This document shows, one piece after another, positions 10,213 to 20,565 of a DNA stretch of 52,196 bases; the stretch's first letter is position 1, and every line of letters begins with the position of its first letter. Origin of the DNA: a virus (Duplodnaviria > Caudoviricetes). The stretch spans positions 1 through 52,196 of IMG/VR virus record IMGVR_UViG_3300034375_003040, one strand, 5' to 3'. Under the pieces are notes generated by a model. That model did no database searches. It saw only the letters and a list, made by a program, of their open reading frames with translations, and was not told the DNA's origin. Made by a program: the position numbers and the translations under genes.

Positions 10213-13200
10213 ATGGCAGAAATAAAAAACACATTTCTTAAAGGTAAAATGAATAAAGACCTTGACGAAAGATTAGTGCCTAAAGGAGAATATATAGACG
10301 CTATGAACGTTGAGGTTTCTACTTCAGAAGGATCTAATGTTGGTACAGTACAAAATATACTAGGTAACTATAGAGTAGCAGGTCTTCCTAACGCTGAGTT
10401 TAGGTGTATAGGCTCTATAACTGACGAGCAAAACAATAGAATTTATTGGTTTGTTACATCTACTACTGTGGACATGATATTAGAGTGGGACGACCAACTG
10501 CAAAAGTCTACCCTTGTTTTTGTTGACCCTAACAAAAGAAACAGTAATTCAGCTTTAAACTTTCCAAATACACATGTTACTGGAATAAACATTATTGATG
10601 ACTTTCTGTATTGGACTGACGGTATAGGAGAGCCTAAAAAAATAAACGTTAGACTTTGCAAGCTAGGAACAGATCAAAATCAAACTACAGGCTTAAACAA
10701 GCATACTACTTACGTTACACCTCAAAATGAGGTTACAGACACTTTGCTTACTGAAGACTTTATAACTGTAATAAAGAAAAGACCTTTATCTCCTCCTTTT
10801 GTAAAAATAAATCATAACAAAAACAAATCTGAAAAAGGTATATTTGAAAGAGTAATGCCTAGGTTTTGCTTTAGGTATAAATATAGAGACGGCGAATACT
10901 CTGCTTTTGGACCTTTTACAAACGTAGTATTTAGCGCTAAGCATCAAGACGGCACAAGCGCCTCTGATTTTTACTCTAATAAAGAAGTTTACAACAAGTC
11001 AATGGTCAACACCATAAAGTCTGTTGAGCTTATGGATTTTATACCAGCTGATATTCCAGCTGATGTTGTTCAAGTAGACTTACTATATAAAAGCGAGGGC
11101 TCAAACGTAGTTTACTCTATAGCAAACATAAAACCTTCTGACGATGAGTTTAAAGCCGATGGATCTACTCAAGGAGTTGACAATCTTTATGGAGCGCAGG
11201 AAAACAACAAAGGTAGATATTTAGTTACAACAGAAAACATATACGCTGCTTTGCCTGAAAACCAAATGCTTAGATCTTGGGATAATGTACCTAGAAAAGC
11301 TGCTGCTCAAGAAATGACTGGAAATAGATTAGTTTACGCAAACTATACTCAAGGCTACGATATGCCAAGCTCTAGCGTTAAACTAAAGTCTAGTTACGAA
11401 AAGAAAAGCTTAAAAAACAACAACGCTCTAAGTGGAGGGCTTGAGTCTGTAAAGTCTTTAAGAGATTATCAGCTTGGCGTTGTCTATGGCGATAAGTACG
11501 GTAGAGAAACACCAGTGTTTTCTTCTACAAACGCATCTGTTAATATTCCTTGGGTAGGCGCTAATAGTGATAGGCCTAATTTTTTAAGCCCGATGGTGTT
11601 AACTAGCAGTATTAAAACGCCAACGCCAGACTGGGCTAAATACTTTAAGTTTTATATAAAAGAAACATCTGGAGAATATTATAATTTATTAATGGATAAA
11701 TTGTATATTCCAAGCATAAGCACAGATTTTGACAATAAAGAAGAGCATGTTTGGCTTTCATTTCCTTCTTCTGAAATAAACAAAATAACAACAGAAGATT
11801 ATTTAATCTTAAAAAAAGTTTCAAGCTCTACAGACAACCACGTAGAAGATGCTAATAGATATAAAGTTATAGATGTGAAGCCAGAGGCTCCTGACTCTGT
11901 AGCTTACGTATACTTACCCGTTGGTGAAGTTTCAAACTTAACAACATCTACAAACCTAGCAAACGGTGGCACTGAAGGCTCATTGTTTCAAGACAGCGAG
12001 TTTAGAATAGACAAACAAACAGATATTGTAGAAATTGACAAGTCTTCTTGGTTTACTTTTGGTTATCCAGTTTTAAGAGGTACGGGTGCGCCAAGCGTTT
12101 CGGGTGTAGACAATACTGAGTTTGTAGATAATATATATATTTCTTGGAAAACAGTAGATGCTAGTGGATTTGAGGTTCACTCAAGAAGATACCAAGCGGT
12201 TTCTATAGAAGTTGGTACTGCTATGAGGTTAAAACTACGCGAAAAAATACACGTAGATGACGCGGCTTTAGCTGCTAATAGTGCTGACGAATTAAATCAT
12301 GATTTAGTATTTACGGTTTATAGAAAAGAAAAGCGAGATGCTGAAGAGTTTTCTGGTAAGTTTTTTGTTAAGATACTGTCTGACGAAGTTATAAAAAATA
12401 ATATAACTACAATAAAGTCAAACAAGTCTATAAGTGAGTTTATTTCTGCTTCTAAAGATATGTTTTGGTGGGCAGACACAATTGGCACACATGAAGATCA
12501 AGGCTTAGACAACATGCCTAGTTTTGGACAAGCTCCTGAAAGCCAGCCTAAAGACGAAGATGAAATAAGTGGTGTATCAAATAAAGCCTCTGAGTGGGAT
12601 GCTCTGCTTACAAGTTATTCAAAAGCTTTTTTTATAGACAACATGCACATGTCTGCTGCTAACTTATCTTCTAGCAGCTATGCTAAAGAAGCAGGTCAAG
12701 GCGTTGTTGCAAATGAATTAACCTACGGTAAAGTAGAGTGGAACTCTGAAGGTGAAGAATATCCTTGGGACTTAAATCAATATACAACTTGGTCTTTAGC
12801 TGATATATCAAGCTACAGTACGTGGCAAAGTAGAGTTAGATCGTTTATACCTGGCGTCTTAACTACTACTAACGACCAAGTAAACGGCTTTTATAGATGG
12901 AAAAACGATATATTTAGTCAAGAAACAAACGAAACTTACGGCGAAGAAGCCGGCGGTCACTACATGCACGTTTCTTTTTTCGCGCCTGGAAAAAATTTAT
13001 TTGATTCTTCTGGGATTAGCTTAAATGACATAGAAGTTACCGGTGCTAATGGCTTAGGTAAAATACTACAAGGTATATGGGGCGGGGGTGCTTTTACTAA
13101 CGAGCAAGGAACTTCGCTAGGAAACAACGATGACGAAAATGCTGTAAAGTTTGTTGAGTTAGAAGGAAACTACATTGACGACGAACCTTTAGGCGAGGCT

Positions 13201-16200
13201 CCATCGCCAGGCGTAGGTATAGGTTATGACTTGGAGTATAAAGAACTGCATGAAAGACAGTGGGACCCAACCTTTTCACCTACAAAGTGGACACAGTCAA
13301 GCTCTACTCAAACAGACAAAAACATTGAAGACTTTGTTAAGAACTTAGCTATTGGCAAAAAGTTTAAGTTTGAGAAAGACAGCAACGATGTTATATACAC
13401 TATACTAGACGTTTCTATAAAACACGTGTACAACCACACTCCTTTTAGATCTAAATTTGTTTTTGCCCATACCGACGAAGGTGGAATACATAGGCACGAA
13501 GATCAAAAAAGTGTTGAAGAGTGCGCTGTTGAGTGGGCTACAGCTAAGCTAACAGGCTCGGTTGACGGTGAAGACACGGCTCTACTTGCTAAGTTAGAAG
13601 ACTTTGGTAAAGCTAGTAATAGAAGAACTGTATTTGTGCTAAAACTAGACAAAGCTCCGCAAGATCAAACTAACAGCCCTATTATAGGCGGTACATCTTC
13701 AGCTATGGCTATCGATATAGATACGTCTATGAAAATGCAGTTTATAGACGATAAAGCTCAAGCTTTGTCTGGGGCTGTTAAAGATGTTTCTGCTGTGTTT
13801 GAAACAGAGCCCAAAGACTCTTTAGACTTAAATATATTTTACGAAACTGGTGGTGCAATCCCAACAGAATTAACAATAGATAACGTTAGTCAGTTTGCTC
13901 CTGTAGGGTCAAGAATTGAGTTTGTTGATTTACCTAGCGCTACTAGGGGTGAAGATACTATAACCGACAATATATATGTAAAAAGTTGGGAGTATGCCGA
14001 AGGAGTAGGGCTTTATTTTAACACTGAAGGCGAAAGCGCTACAGCTAGTTCTAACGGTTTAGGTTTTAACATAAAAAACAATGAAGACGTACAAATAGAC
14101 TACGTTAACACTAGAATTAGATTTTATAGACCAGACGGCAGCTTTACAACCTGTAGGCTTGGACCACATTATGAGCTTGAAAGCGATGCTAGTCAAAGAG
14201 CTATTTTTATAGTAAACCCTATGGTAGACGCTTCTTTAGAAACTGGATTAAGCTGGTATAACTGCTTTACGTTTGGAGACGGTGTTGAGTCTAATAGACT
14301 AAGAGATGATTTTAACGCTACGTTTATAGGCAATGGCGCTAAGGCTTCTACCACGTTAGAAGAGCCTTACTCTGAAGAAAACAGAAAGCACGGTTTAATT
14401 TATTCAGGCCTTTACAATGCTAGCAGTGGATTAAATAACTTAAATCAGTTTATACAAGCAGAAAAAATAACAAAAGACTTAAATCCTACTTACGGAAGTA
14501 TACAAAAGCTTTTTTCAAGAAGAGCTGATCTTATAGCTTTCTGCGAAGATAGAGTTGTTAAAATACTAGCAAACAAAGACGCTTTATTTAACGCTGATGG
14601 TAATACTAACATTGTAGCAACTACAAACGTTTTAGGTCAAGCTACACCTTTTGTTGGCGACTACGGTATATCTAAAAATCCTGAGTCGTTTGCGTTTGAG
14701 TCGTACAGAGCGTATTTTACTGATAAACAAAGAGGCGCTGTGCTAAGACTATCTATGGACGGGTTAACGCCTATATCCGACGCTGGTATGCACGATTATT
14801 TTAGAGATAATCTTCCTAAGTCTGGAGCGTTGTTAGGTACTTATGACGAATATAAAAGACAATACAACTTAACGCTTAACGACTACATATACAACAACTT
14901 AATACAAAACTCTTACATTTCAGAAGGTGAAGAGCTAAGCGTGTCTTCTTATGTTACAGAAATAATAGATAATCCTAACCTTGAGTCTGGTATTGAATAT
15001 ACGGCTGTTGATATAGCTAGCATATATGATAACGCAACGGAGGGTGATGAAAATCTTCCTGTCGTTAACTCATCAATAGATTCTGAAGTTACAATAATAA
15101 ACTGGCCAGAAATACCAGTTGGAGCTATAAGCCAAGCTTGGGACAATTTTAGTACAATAGTATCATACAACGAGGCTTACGCAGACGAAATACTACCAAA
15201 CTATGGAGCTATAATGGTTCCGGGTAATGCAAGTAATGGCGCTGAACAATATCAAACAAACGTAGGCGCTCAAACTCTTGTTACTACTCAAAATTTACAA
15301 AACGCTGTTTGGCCAACTTTTGGTAGCGGTAGCTACATGATCAGAAAAGAAACTTTTGGCACAAACTGGCAAGTAGACGGGCAAGAAGATCAAGAATCTA
15401 CCGCAACCTTTAGCATACCAGGTAATGTATCTGGCGTTATAGAAACTAACGGCGCTCCTTCAACTACAAATAACGCTCCTAGCGATGGCGCGGTTGGCTT
15501 GCGCACTAACACTGATTACTTAACATTTCCATACGGTCATTCTGGCGCAAACAATCAAGTTCCCTCTGCAATGCTAGCAGAGTTTCCTGACGCGACAAAC
15601 ATGAGCGTATTTAATGGAGAAGAAATTTGGGTAAAAATAAATTATTCAGTAGAGTATTATAGACCTGGCTTTTCGGCTTTTTCACAAGACGACTACTGGC
15701 CTAGTAATATGGATATTAAAATTACACTAAGAGATTCTGACGGCAGTAACGATCATTTTAGAAGTACACCGTTATTTTCGGCAAACATTCCAGAGGTATG
15801 GACCGGCGCGGGTGGAGCAACTGACAATACGCCGTTTCACTCTACTGGAAGTTTGGGTAGTAATAACTTTAATGCGACTAACAACAACTTAGAATCACAT
15901 GGGTATGCTCAATATTCTTGGTCTAATTCTGATGAAAGCGCTTTGTACGCTCCCTCTGGACCGGTTAGCTCTTGGACTCCAGACTATACTTTTACTGTTC
16001 CAGGGGTAAGTGGTGTTCATGACAACTCTAACGACACTGGGTATATTCTTAACAGCAATGAGTACGATGGAGTTTGGAATAATAGTTATGAGAGCGACAA
16101 TATTTACGGAATGGATATTGTTAGTACTACGTACAACCAAAAAAGATTTTTTACTGGCTTTAGAACCATGATTGTTAAGTTTAAAATTTTTACTGATGAA

Positions 16201-18933
16201 GAAGTAATGAGTCCTTCTGGAAGTGCTTTAAAAATTGTAGACAATCTTCAGGTTAAAGTAGAAAGAACTAGTAACGCCCCGCTTACAAGTAATGGTCGCC
16301 ACGCTCTTTGGATTCGAGGTATGGCCATTTACAAAACCCGCGAAATGAAAACTACGGGAAGTGCTTACGTTCCTTTAGCGCAAGAATATCAAGATGACGC
16401 TCCTGAGTACGCGTATTATGATGTAGATGCTCAAGTATATCAAACTGCCGCGGACGGAACTGAATACGGGACTTTATCTGAAGCTCAAGGGACAGCTGCA
16501 GAAAACTTAGGCAACATTGACACTGGCGTAGACATAGAGCTTGATCCAGTCCCTGTCTTTGGAACCGAATCTACACCGGCGGTTCCTAGTTCTACAATAC
16601 CAGCTTGGGCAGAAGTTATACACGCTTTACCGTCAGGCTACAATTCGTACGGAGTAACTCAACTTAACTACGCTGCGCTGCAACAGTACGGTCAAGAAAA
16701 CCCTGGAACGTGGCAAACAGTATCGATTACTCAAGAGGGTGTTACAAACGACTATCAATATTACACAGGCACCGACAACGGCGTAACAACGTATCAACAG
16801 CATGGTGCGGGTGAGGCTTATGATAACCACAATGGAGCGGCCTTGTCTTCTTACAACATTGCCGGAGTAACGCATCACGTTGTAGACGGCTCAATAGGAA
16901 CGCTAGACACAGGGCAAAACACTGCAGGGTTTAAAGTAGACGTGGAACTAGTAGATGGTGATTGGTACATGGTTGATCTTGGTTACGATCCAGACTCTGT
17001 CACTATTAACACGCCGGACACAAGTAACTTTTTAAGATTAAACGGAGATGTTATTCCTATAATATATGGTTGTATACCTTCAGCAGTCGGTGGTGGCGAC
17101 GCGTACAAAACAATTCCTGGTGACGCAAATTATCCAAATGGCTATTTTGGCCAAATGTTTAGATCCCCGGGCGCAACAGGAAACACGGACAGTAGCGGAA
17201 GTATAACAACTCCAGTTGGTGGTGTAATATGTATGCCAACAACGGCTACAGAGTATGGAGAACAAAGACCCGTGCTTAGAGCGGTGTTTCAAGCTAGTAG
17301 CCAAGCTTATGAAGGCTTAGACAAAATTAGACTTAGTTTGCGGAACTGTCAAAATGGACTTGTTGAAATTAATGATATTACAGTAATTAACATTTCTGAA
17401 ACTGGTGATTTAGGTGGCTTCTCTGAAGAGTGGAACGCTCAAACAACAAACAATTTAATAAACGCTTTAAGCGAGCCTATTTCTTATTATCAAAACGGCG
17501 GTTGGGTTTGGAATATACCAGAGATGTACAGCGGTAATGGAGCGGCTAATAGAATAGATTACAACTGGTCAGGCGACGAGCTTACTAGCGCTACTTCAGC
17601 CGGTTATGCTTTGAAGTTTGGAATACAGCCAAACCCAGACACAGGGACTGTCGAAGGAAAGCTATATATAAGAGTTGAAACCCCTGAGTGGGAAGATGGT
17701 CAAACTAGAGTTATTAGAGCTATAGTAGACGCAGCTGGCGACTATTCTGTGTTTTTTAATCTTGATGGATCAGGCATATCAAGCATAGTGCAACCAGAAG
17801 GTTCTAACGCTAGCATTTCAATGAGCACTCAGCCTCCAGATATACCCGGCATATACGCTAGACCTATAAATCAAGATGGCTCTACTGGTAACGTCGTGCC
17901 AAATTGGTTTGTTGGTAAAATAGATTATTTATCTATAATAGACGAAACTTCTATAGTAAGTGGAGGCGTTGTAGGTTCGTGGGTGTTTAGCGAAATAGAT
18001 TATGAGGGTAGTGAAATAAACACTCTTAGTGCAGACAACCTTAATAATCTTTTATTTGCAGAAGAACAAATTAAATGGGATGAGGCGTTAAAAGGATTAA
18101 GAGTTTCTCAAGCTATAGAACAAGAAATATTGGTTGGTCAAAAATACGACGTTAGCTTTAACGTAACTTCTTTTACCTCTGGTTCTATTGAAGTTGCTTA
18201 TTACGCTAGTCCAACGGCAGGGTTTGTGTTTACTGTAGATGGAAGCTCACTTAATATTTCAGAAACTGTAGATATACAAAGCATTGACTCTTTTGACTCT
18301 AATCAACATGTAATAGGTTCTTTAATGATAACATCTTCTAGTGAAGACTCTTTAACAACCATGTCTATAGACAACATTACAATGACTCAAATTGCTTTTC
18401 CTGAAGTAACAAAGCAAACTATATCTTATAGCGAAGAGGTAAAAGGTTGGACTAGCTTTAAGTCGTTTATTCCTGAAAGTGGAACTAGTGTTTCTAAAAA
18501 GTATTTTACTTTTAAAAACGGAGAAGCTTATCAGCACTACCATCAAGAAGCTACACCAAACACTTTCTACAATATACAGTCAGTGCCCTCAACAATAACA
18601 ACGCTTTTAAACGATGCGCCTGAGCTTATTAAAAACTTTAAGACAATAAACTACGAAGGATCGCAAGCTCACGTTCCTAATAGTGACACAATTTTAGGTG
18701 TTACAGACTCAGACTTACACAATCAGTTTACTAAGCTTGGATGGAAAGTGTCAAGCATAGATACAAATATGGAAAGCGGCTCTATAAAAGAGTTTATAGA
18801 AAAAGAAAACAAGTGGTTTAATTACATAAAAGGAAAAGGTGAGCCTAAAACATCTGATTTTACATTTCAAGGTATAGGAGTTTTGTCGGCAAATCCTATA
18901 GAGCTAGTGCCAGAAAACATTGAAGAAGAGTAG
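10213..18933 (+). CDS. Giant tail nozzle/stabilisation-type protein (2906 aa) with large insertions
   Basis: N-terminal KMNKDLDERLVP..EY.DA.N, beta-propeller-like GDYGISKNPESFA..YFTDKQRGAVLRLS region, C-terminal FIEKENKWFNYIKG; typical position for a podophage nozzle. Confidence 0.65.
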   Translation: MAEIKNTFLKGKMNKDLDERLVPKGEYIDAMNVEVSTSEGSNVGTVQNILGNYRVAGLPNAEFRCIGSITDEQNNRIYWFVTSTTVDMILEWDDQLQKSTLVFVDPNKRNSNSALNFPNTHVTGINIIDDFLYWTDGIGEPKKINVRLCKLGTDQNQTTGLNKHTTYVTPQNEVTDTLLTEDFITVIKKRPLSPPFVKINHNKNKSEKGIFERVMPRFCFRYKYRDGEYSAFGPFTNVVFSAKHQDGTSASDFYSNKEVYNKSMVNTIKSVELMDFIPADIPADVVQVDLLYKSEGSNVVYSIANIKPSDDEFKADGSTQGVDNLYGAQENNKGRYLVTTENIYAALPENQMLRSWDNVPRKAAAQEMTGNRLVYANYTQGYDMPSSSVKLKSSYEKKSLKNNNALSGGLESVKSLRDYQLGVVYGDKYGRETPVFSSTNASVNIPWVGANSDRPNFLSPMVLTSSIKTPTPDWAKYFKFYIKETSGEYYNLLMDKLYIPSISTDFDNKEEHVWLSFPSSEINKITTEDYLILKKVSSSTDNHVEDANRYKVIDVKPEAPDSVAYVYLPVGEVSNLTTSTNLANGGTEGSLFQDSEFRIDKQTDIVEIDKSSWFTFGYPVLRGTGAPSVSGVDNTEFVDNIYISWKTVDASGFEVHSRRYQAVSIEVGTAMRLKLREKIHVDDAALAANSADELNHDLVFTVYRKEKRDAEEFSGKFFVKILSDEVIKNNITTIKSNKSISEFISASKDMFWWADTIGTHEDQGLDNMPSFGQAPESQPKDEDEISGVSNKASEWDALLTSYSKAFFIDNMHMSAANLSSSSYAKEAGQGVVANELTYGKVEWNSEGEEYPWDLNQYTTWSLADISSYSTWQSRVRSFIPGVLTTTNDQVNGFYRWKNDIFSQETNETYGEEAGGHYMHVSFFAPGKNLFDSSGISLNDIEVTGANGLGKILQGIWGGGAFTNEQGTSLGNNDDENAVKFVELEGNYIDDEPLGEAPSPGVGIGYDLEYKELHERQWDPTFSPTKWTQSSSTQTDKNIEDFVKNLAIGKKFKFEKDSNDVIYTILDVSIKHVYNHTPFRSKFVFAHTDEGGIHRHEDQKSVEECAVEWATAKLTGSVDGEDTALLAKLEDFGKASNRRTVFVLKLDKAPQDQTNSPIIGGTSSAMAIDIDTSMKMQFIDDKAQALSGAVKDVSAVFETEPKDSLDLNIFYETGGAIPTELTIDNVSQFAPVGSRIEFVDLPSATRGEDTITDNIYVKSWEYAEGVGLYFNTEGESATASSNGLGFNIKNNEDVQIDYVNTRIRFYRPDGSFTTCRLGPHYELESDASQRAIFIVNPMVDASLETGLSWYNCFTFGDGVESNRLRDDFNATFIGNGAKASTTLEEPYSEENRKHGLIYSGLYNASSGLNNLNQFIQAEKITKDLNPTYGSIQKLFSRRADLIAFCEDRVVKILANKDALFNADGNTNIVATTNVLGQATPFVGDYGISKNPESFAFESYRAYFTDKQRGAVLRLSMDGLTPISDAGMHDYFRDNLPKSGALLGTYDEYKRQYNLTLNDYIYNNLIQNSYISEGEELSVSSYVTEIIDNPNLESGIEYTAVDIASIYDNATEGDENLPVVNSSIDSEVTIINWPEIPVGAISQAWDNFSTIVSYNEAYADEILPNYGAIMVPGNASNGAEQYQTNVGAQTLVTTQNLQNAVWPTFGSGSYMIRKETFGTNWQVDGQEDQESTATFSIPGNVSGVIETNGAPSTTNNAPSDGAVGLRTNTDYLTFPYGHSGANNQVPSAMLAEFPDATNMSVFNGEEIWVKINYSVEYYRPGFSAFSQDDYWPSNMDIKITLRDSDGSNDHFRSTPLFSANIPEVWTGAGGATDNTPFHSTGSLGSNNFNATNNNLESHGYAQYSWSNSDESALYAPSGPVSSWTPDYTFTVPGVSGVHDNSNDTGYILNSNEYDGVWNNSYESDNIYGMDIVSTTYNQKRFFTGFRTMIVKFKIFTDEEVMSPSGSALKIVDNLQVKVERTSNAPLTSNGRHALWIRGMAIYKTREMKTTGSAYVPLAQEYQDDAPEYAYYDVDAQVYQTAADGTEYGTLSEAQGTAAENLGNIDTGVDIELDPVPVFGTESTPAVPSSTIPAWAEVIHALPSGYNSYGVTQLNYAALQQYGQENPGTWQTVSITQEGVTNDYQYYTGTDNGVTTYQQHGAGEAYDNHNGAALSSYNIAGVTHHVVDGSIGTLDTGQNTAGFKVDVELVDGDWYMVDLGYDPDSVTINTPDTSNFLRLNGDVIPIIYGCIPSAVGGGDAYKTIPGDANYPNGYFGQMFRSPGATGNTDSSGSITTPVGGVICMPTTATEYGEQRPVLRAVFQASSQAYEGLDKIRLSLRNCQNGLVEINDITVINISETGDLGGFSEEWNAQTTNNLINALSEPISYYQNGGWVWNIPEMYSGNGAANRIDYNWSGDELTSATSAGYALKFGIQPNPDTGTVEGKLYIRVETPEWEDGQTRVIRAIVDAAGDYSVFFNLDGSGISSIVQPEGSNASISMSTQPPDIPGIYARPINQDGSTGNVVPNWFVGKIDYLSIIDETSIVSGGVVGSWVFSEIDYEGSEINTLSADNLNNLLFAEEQIKWDEALKGLRVSQAIEQEILVGQKYDVSFNVTSFTSGSIEVAYYASPTAGFVFTVDGSSLNISETVDIQSIDSFDSNQHVIGSLMITSSSEDSLTTMSIDNITMTQIAFPEVTKQTISYSEEVKGWTSFKSFIPESGTSVSKKYFTFKNGEAYQHYHQEATPNTFYNIQSVPSTITTLLNDAPELIKNFKTINYEGSQAHVPNSDTILGVTDSDLHNQFTKLGWKVSSIDTNMESGSIKEFIEKENKWFNYIKGKGEPKTSDFTFQGIGVLSANPIELVPENIEEE

Positions 18934-18936
18934 ATT

Positions 18937-20154
18937 ATGAAGTTAATAAAATCAATACAACTAAACACTGGCGATATACCTAAGGAAGGCGCCGTAAGAA
19001 GCTTTACTATAAGAGGTGATGAAGGCGCTAAGTTTATATTTATAGTAAGTAATTCTTCTGGATCTTATTACGACTTTACTGACAAAACTTTTTCTACAGG
19101 ACACTCTCCTCAAAAAATGATTAAAAGTGGATTATTAGGCGGTAGCTACGATGGTGAAATAGAATTTCCAGACGCCGCTGGATCTTTATATGATATACTT
19201 TTAATTGCTGATCCAACAGATGAAACAGAAATGAAGTTTGGCAAAGCAATAAATAAAAGAATAGCTCAGCTAGGTAATACAACTTTAACGCTAGCCTTAG
19301 CTTCAACAGCTAACTCCAGTTCTTACAAGACGTTTCCTAGTAACGCAACTGTTGTCGGTAGTCCAACAAGCTCTGCTTCTAAAAGCATTAGTTGGAATAT
19401 AGAAAACGCTGATACAGACGCTAATGGTTTTGGTCTTATTCTCAACGAAGATGAACCTACTACAAACTTAATAATACAAGACAAAGCTTGGTATTTTTCA
19501 AATACACAAACCGTAGACGGTGATGTTTCTTCTTCTACTACAATTAAACTTGATTCGGTAAGCGATCTTATAGTAGGCATGAGAGTTTACAGCGGAGCCG
19601 GTTTGTCTGGCACTCCTAACATACGGTCAGTAGATACTACAACTAATACTATAACTATATCTAGCGCTCAGACAATTTCAGACGGAGTAACTTTAACGTT
19701 TAGAGCATCAGGAATGTCTTTAATAAATAGCGTGTTAGGTTGTTCCATAATACCAAGCTTAAGACTTACAGACTTAGTTAGAGTAACTTCAACTGTAAGA
19801 GGTACTGTTAGTAACAGCACGGTAGTGACACTTAATGGAACTTACGGCATTCCAGGCGGAGACATTGCTACCTACACTGGCAACGGTGTTAACAATTCTA
19901 GCACCAACACTGTAACAAACAACAGAACTGCTATTGGCAACAACGTGGCCTCAGCTACTGCTGGAGAAATGGTAGTAACACTTGCTCAAACATTTAAAGG
20001 CGGTGAGGTACTAACCTTTGATGTTGCTCCGCCTAAACTTTTAGCTGACTCAATAACTCTTTCTGGCGGTGTAGTTGTAAACTCACAGCCAAGCGCTAAC
20101 AGAACAATATACTTAGATTTAGATTTTATAATAACCCCAGGAACAGCCTCATAA
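18937..20154 (+). CDS. Tail-associated structural protein
   Basis: 405 aa, Thr/Ser-rich beta-strand character with two internal pseudo-repeats (TVDGDVSSSTTIKL / TVRGTVSNSTVVTL). Confidence 0.55.
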   Translation: MKLIKSIQLNTGDIPKEGAVRSFTIRGDEGAKFIFIVSNSSGSYYDFTDKTFSTGHSPQKMIKSGLLGGSYDGEIEFPDAAGSLYDILLIADPTDETEMKFGKAINKRIAQLGNTTLTLALASTANSSSYKTFPSNATVVGSPTSSASKSISWNIENADTDANGFGLILNEDEPTTNLIIQDKAWYFSNTQTVDGDVSSSTTIKLDSVSDLIVGMRVYSGAGLSGTPNIRSVDTTTNTITISSAQTISDGVTLTFRASGMSLINSVLGCSIIPSLRLTDLVRVTSTVRGTVSNSTVVTLNGTYGIPGGDIATYTGNGVNNSSTNTVTNNRTAIGNNVASATAGEMVVTLAQTFKGGEVLTFDVAPPKLLADSITLSGGVVVNSQPSANRTIYLDLDFIITPGTAS

Positions 20155-20155
20155 T

Positions 20156-20524
20156 ATGCCAGATACATTTCACAAATTAACAGTTAACGTTGAGGGTAGC
20201 CTAAACGCTTCTTTGCAGTCTGGAGATATAGCTTATAAAGTTACTCAACAGACTTATACTTCTACTAACAACGTTTCGTACGCTCAAAACTCTCCAGTTA
20301 AGATCGGTGAAATAAGTAAAGTTGAAAATAACAACTTGTATATTAAAAACATGATTACAGATAACGCGCCTCAAACTGGTGACTTAATTATGTTTGCTAA
20401 AAACAAAACTGTCAACAAATCTGGCATAAAAGGTTATTATGCAAAGGTAAAGCTAGAAAACAACTCAGACGAGCTAGTAGAGCTGTTTTCAATAGCGTCG
20501 GAGATTTCTCCAAGCAGTAAATAG
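20156..20524 (+). CDS. Hypothetical structural protein
   Basis: 122-aa ORF tightly coupled in the tail operon. Confidence 0.55.
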   Translation: MPDTFHKLTVNVEGSLNASLQSGDIAYKVTQQTYTSTNNVSYAQNSPVKIGEISKVENNNLYIKNMITDNAPQTGDLIMFAKNKTVNKSGIKGYYAKVKLENNSDELVELFSIASEISPSSK

Positions 20525-20544
20525 TAGCTCATTAATGTAACTAT
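20518..20544 (+). promoter_or_regulatory. Putative phage-sigma promoter TAAA-N15-GTAACTAT
   Basis: Recurring motif, 21 nt upstream of ATG 20566. Confidence 0.6.
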
Positions 20545-20565
20545 AAATAGATAAAATATAATATT

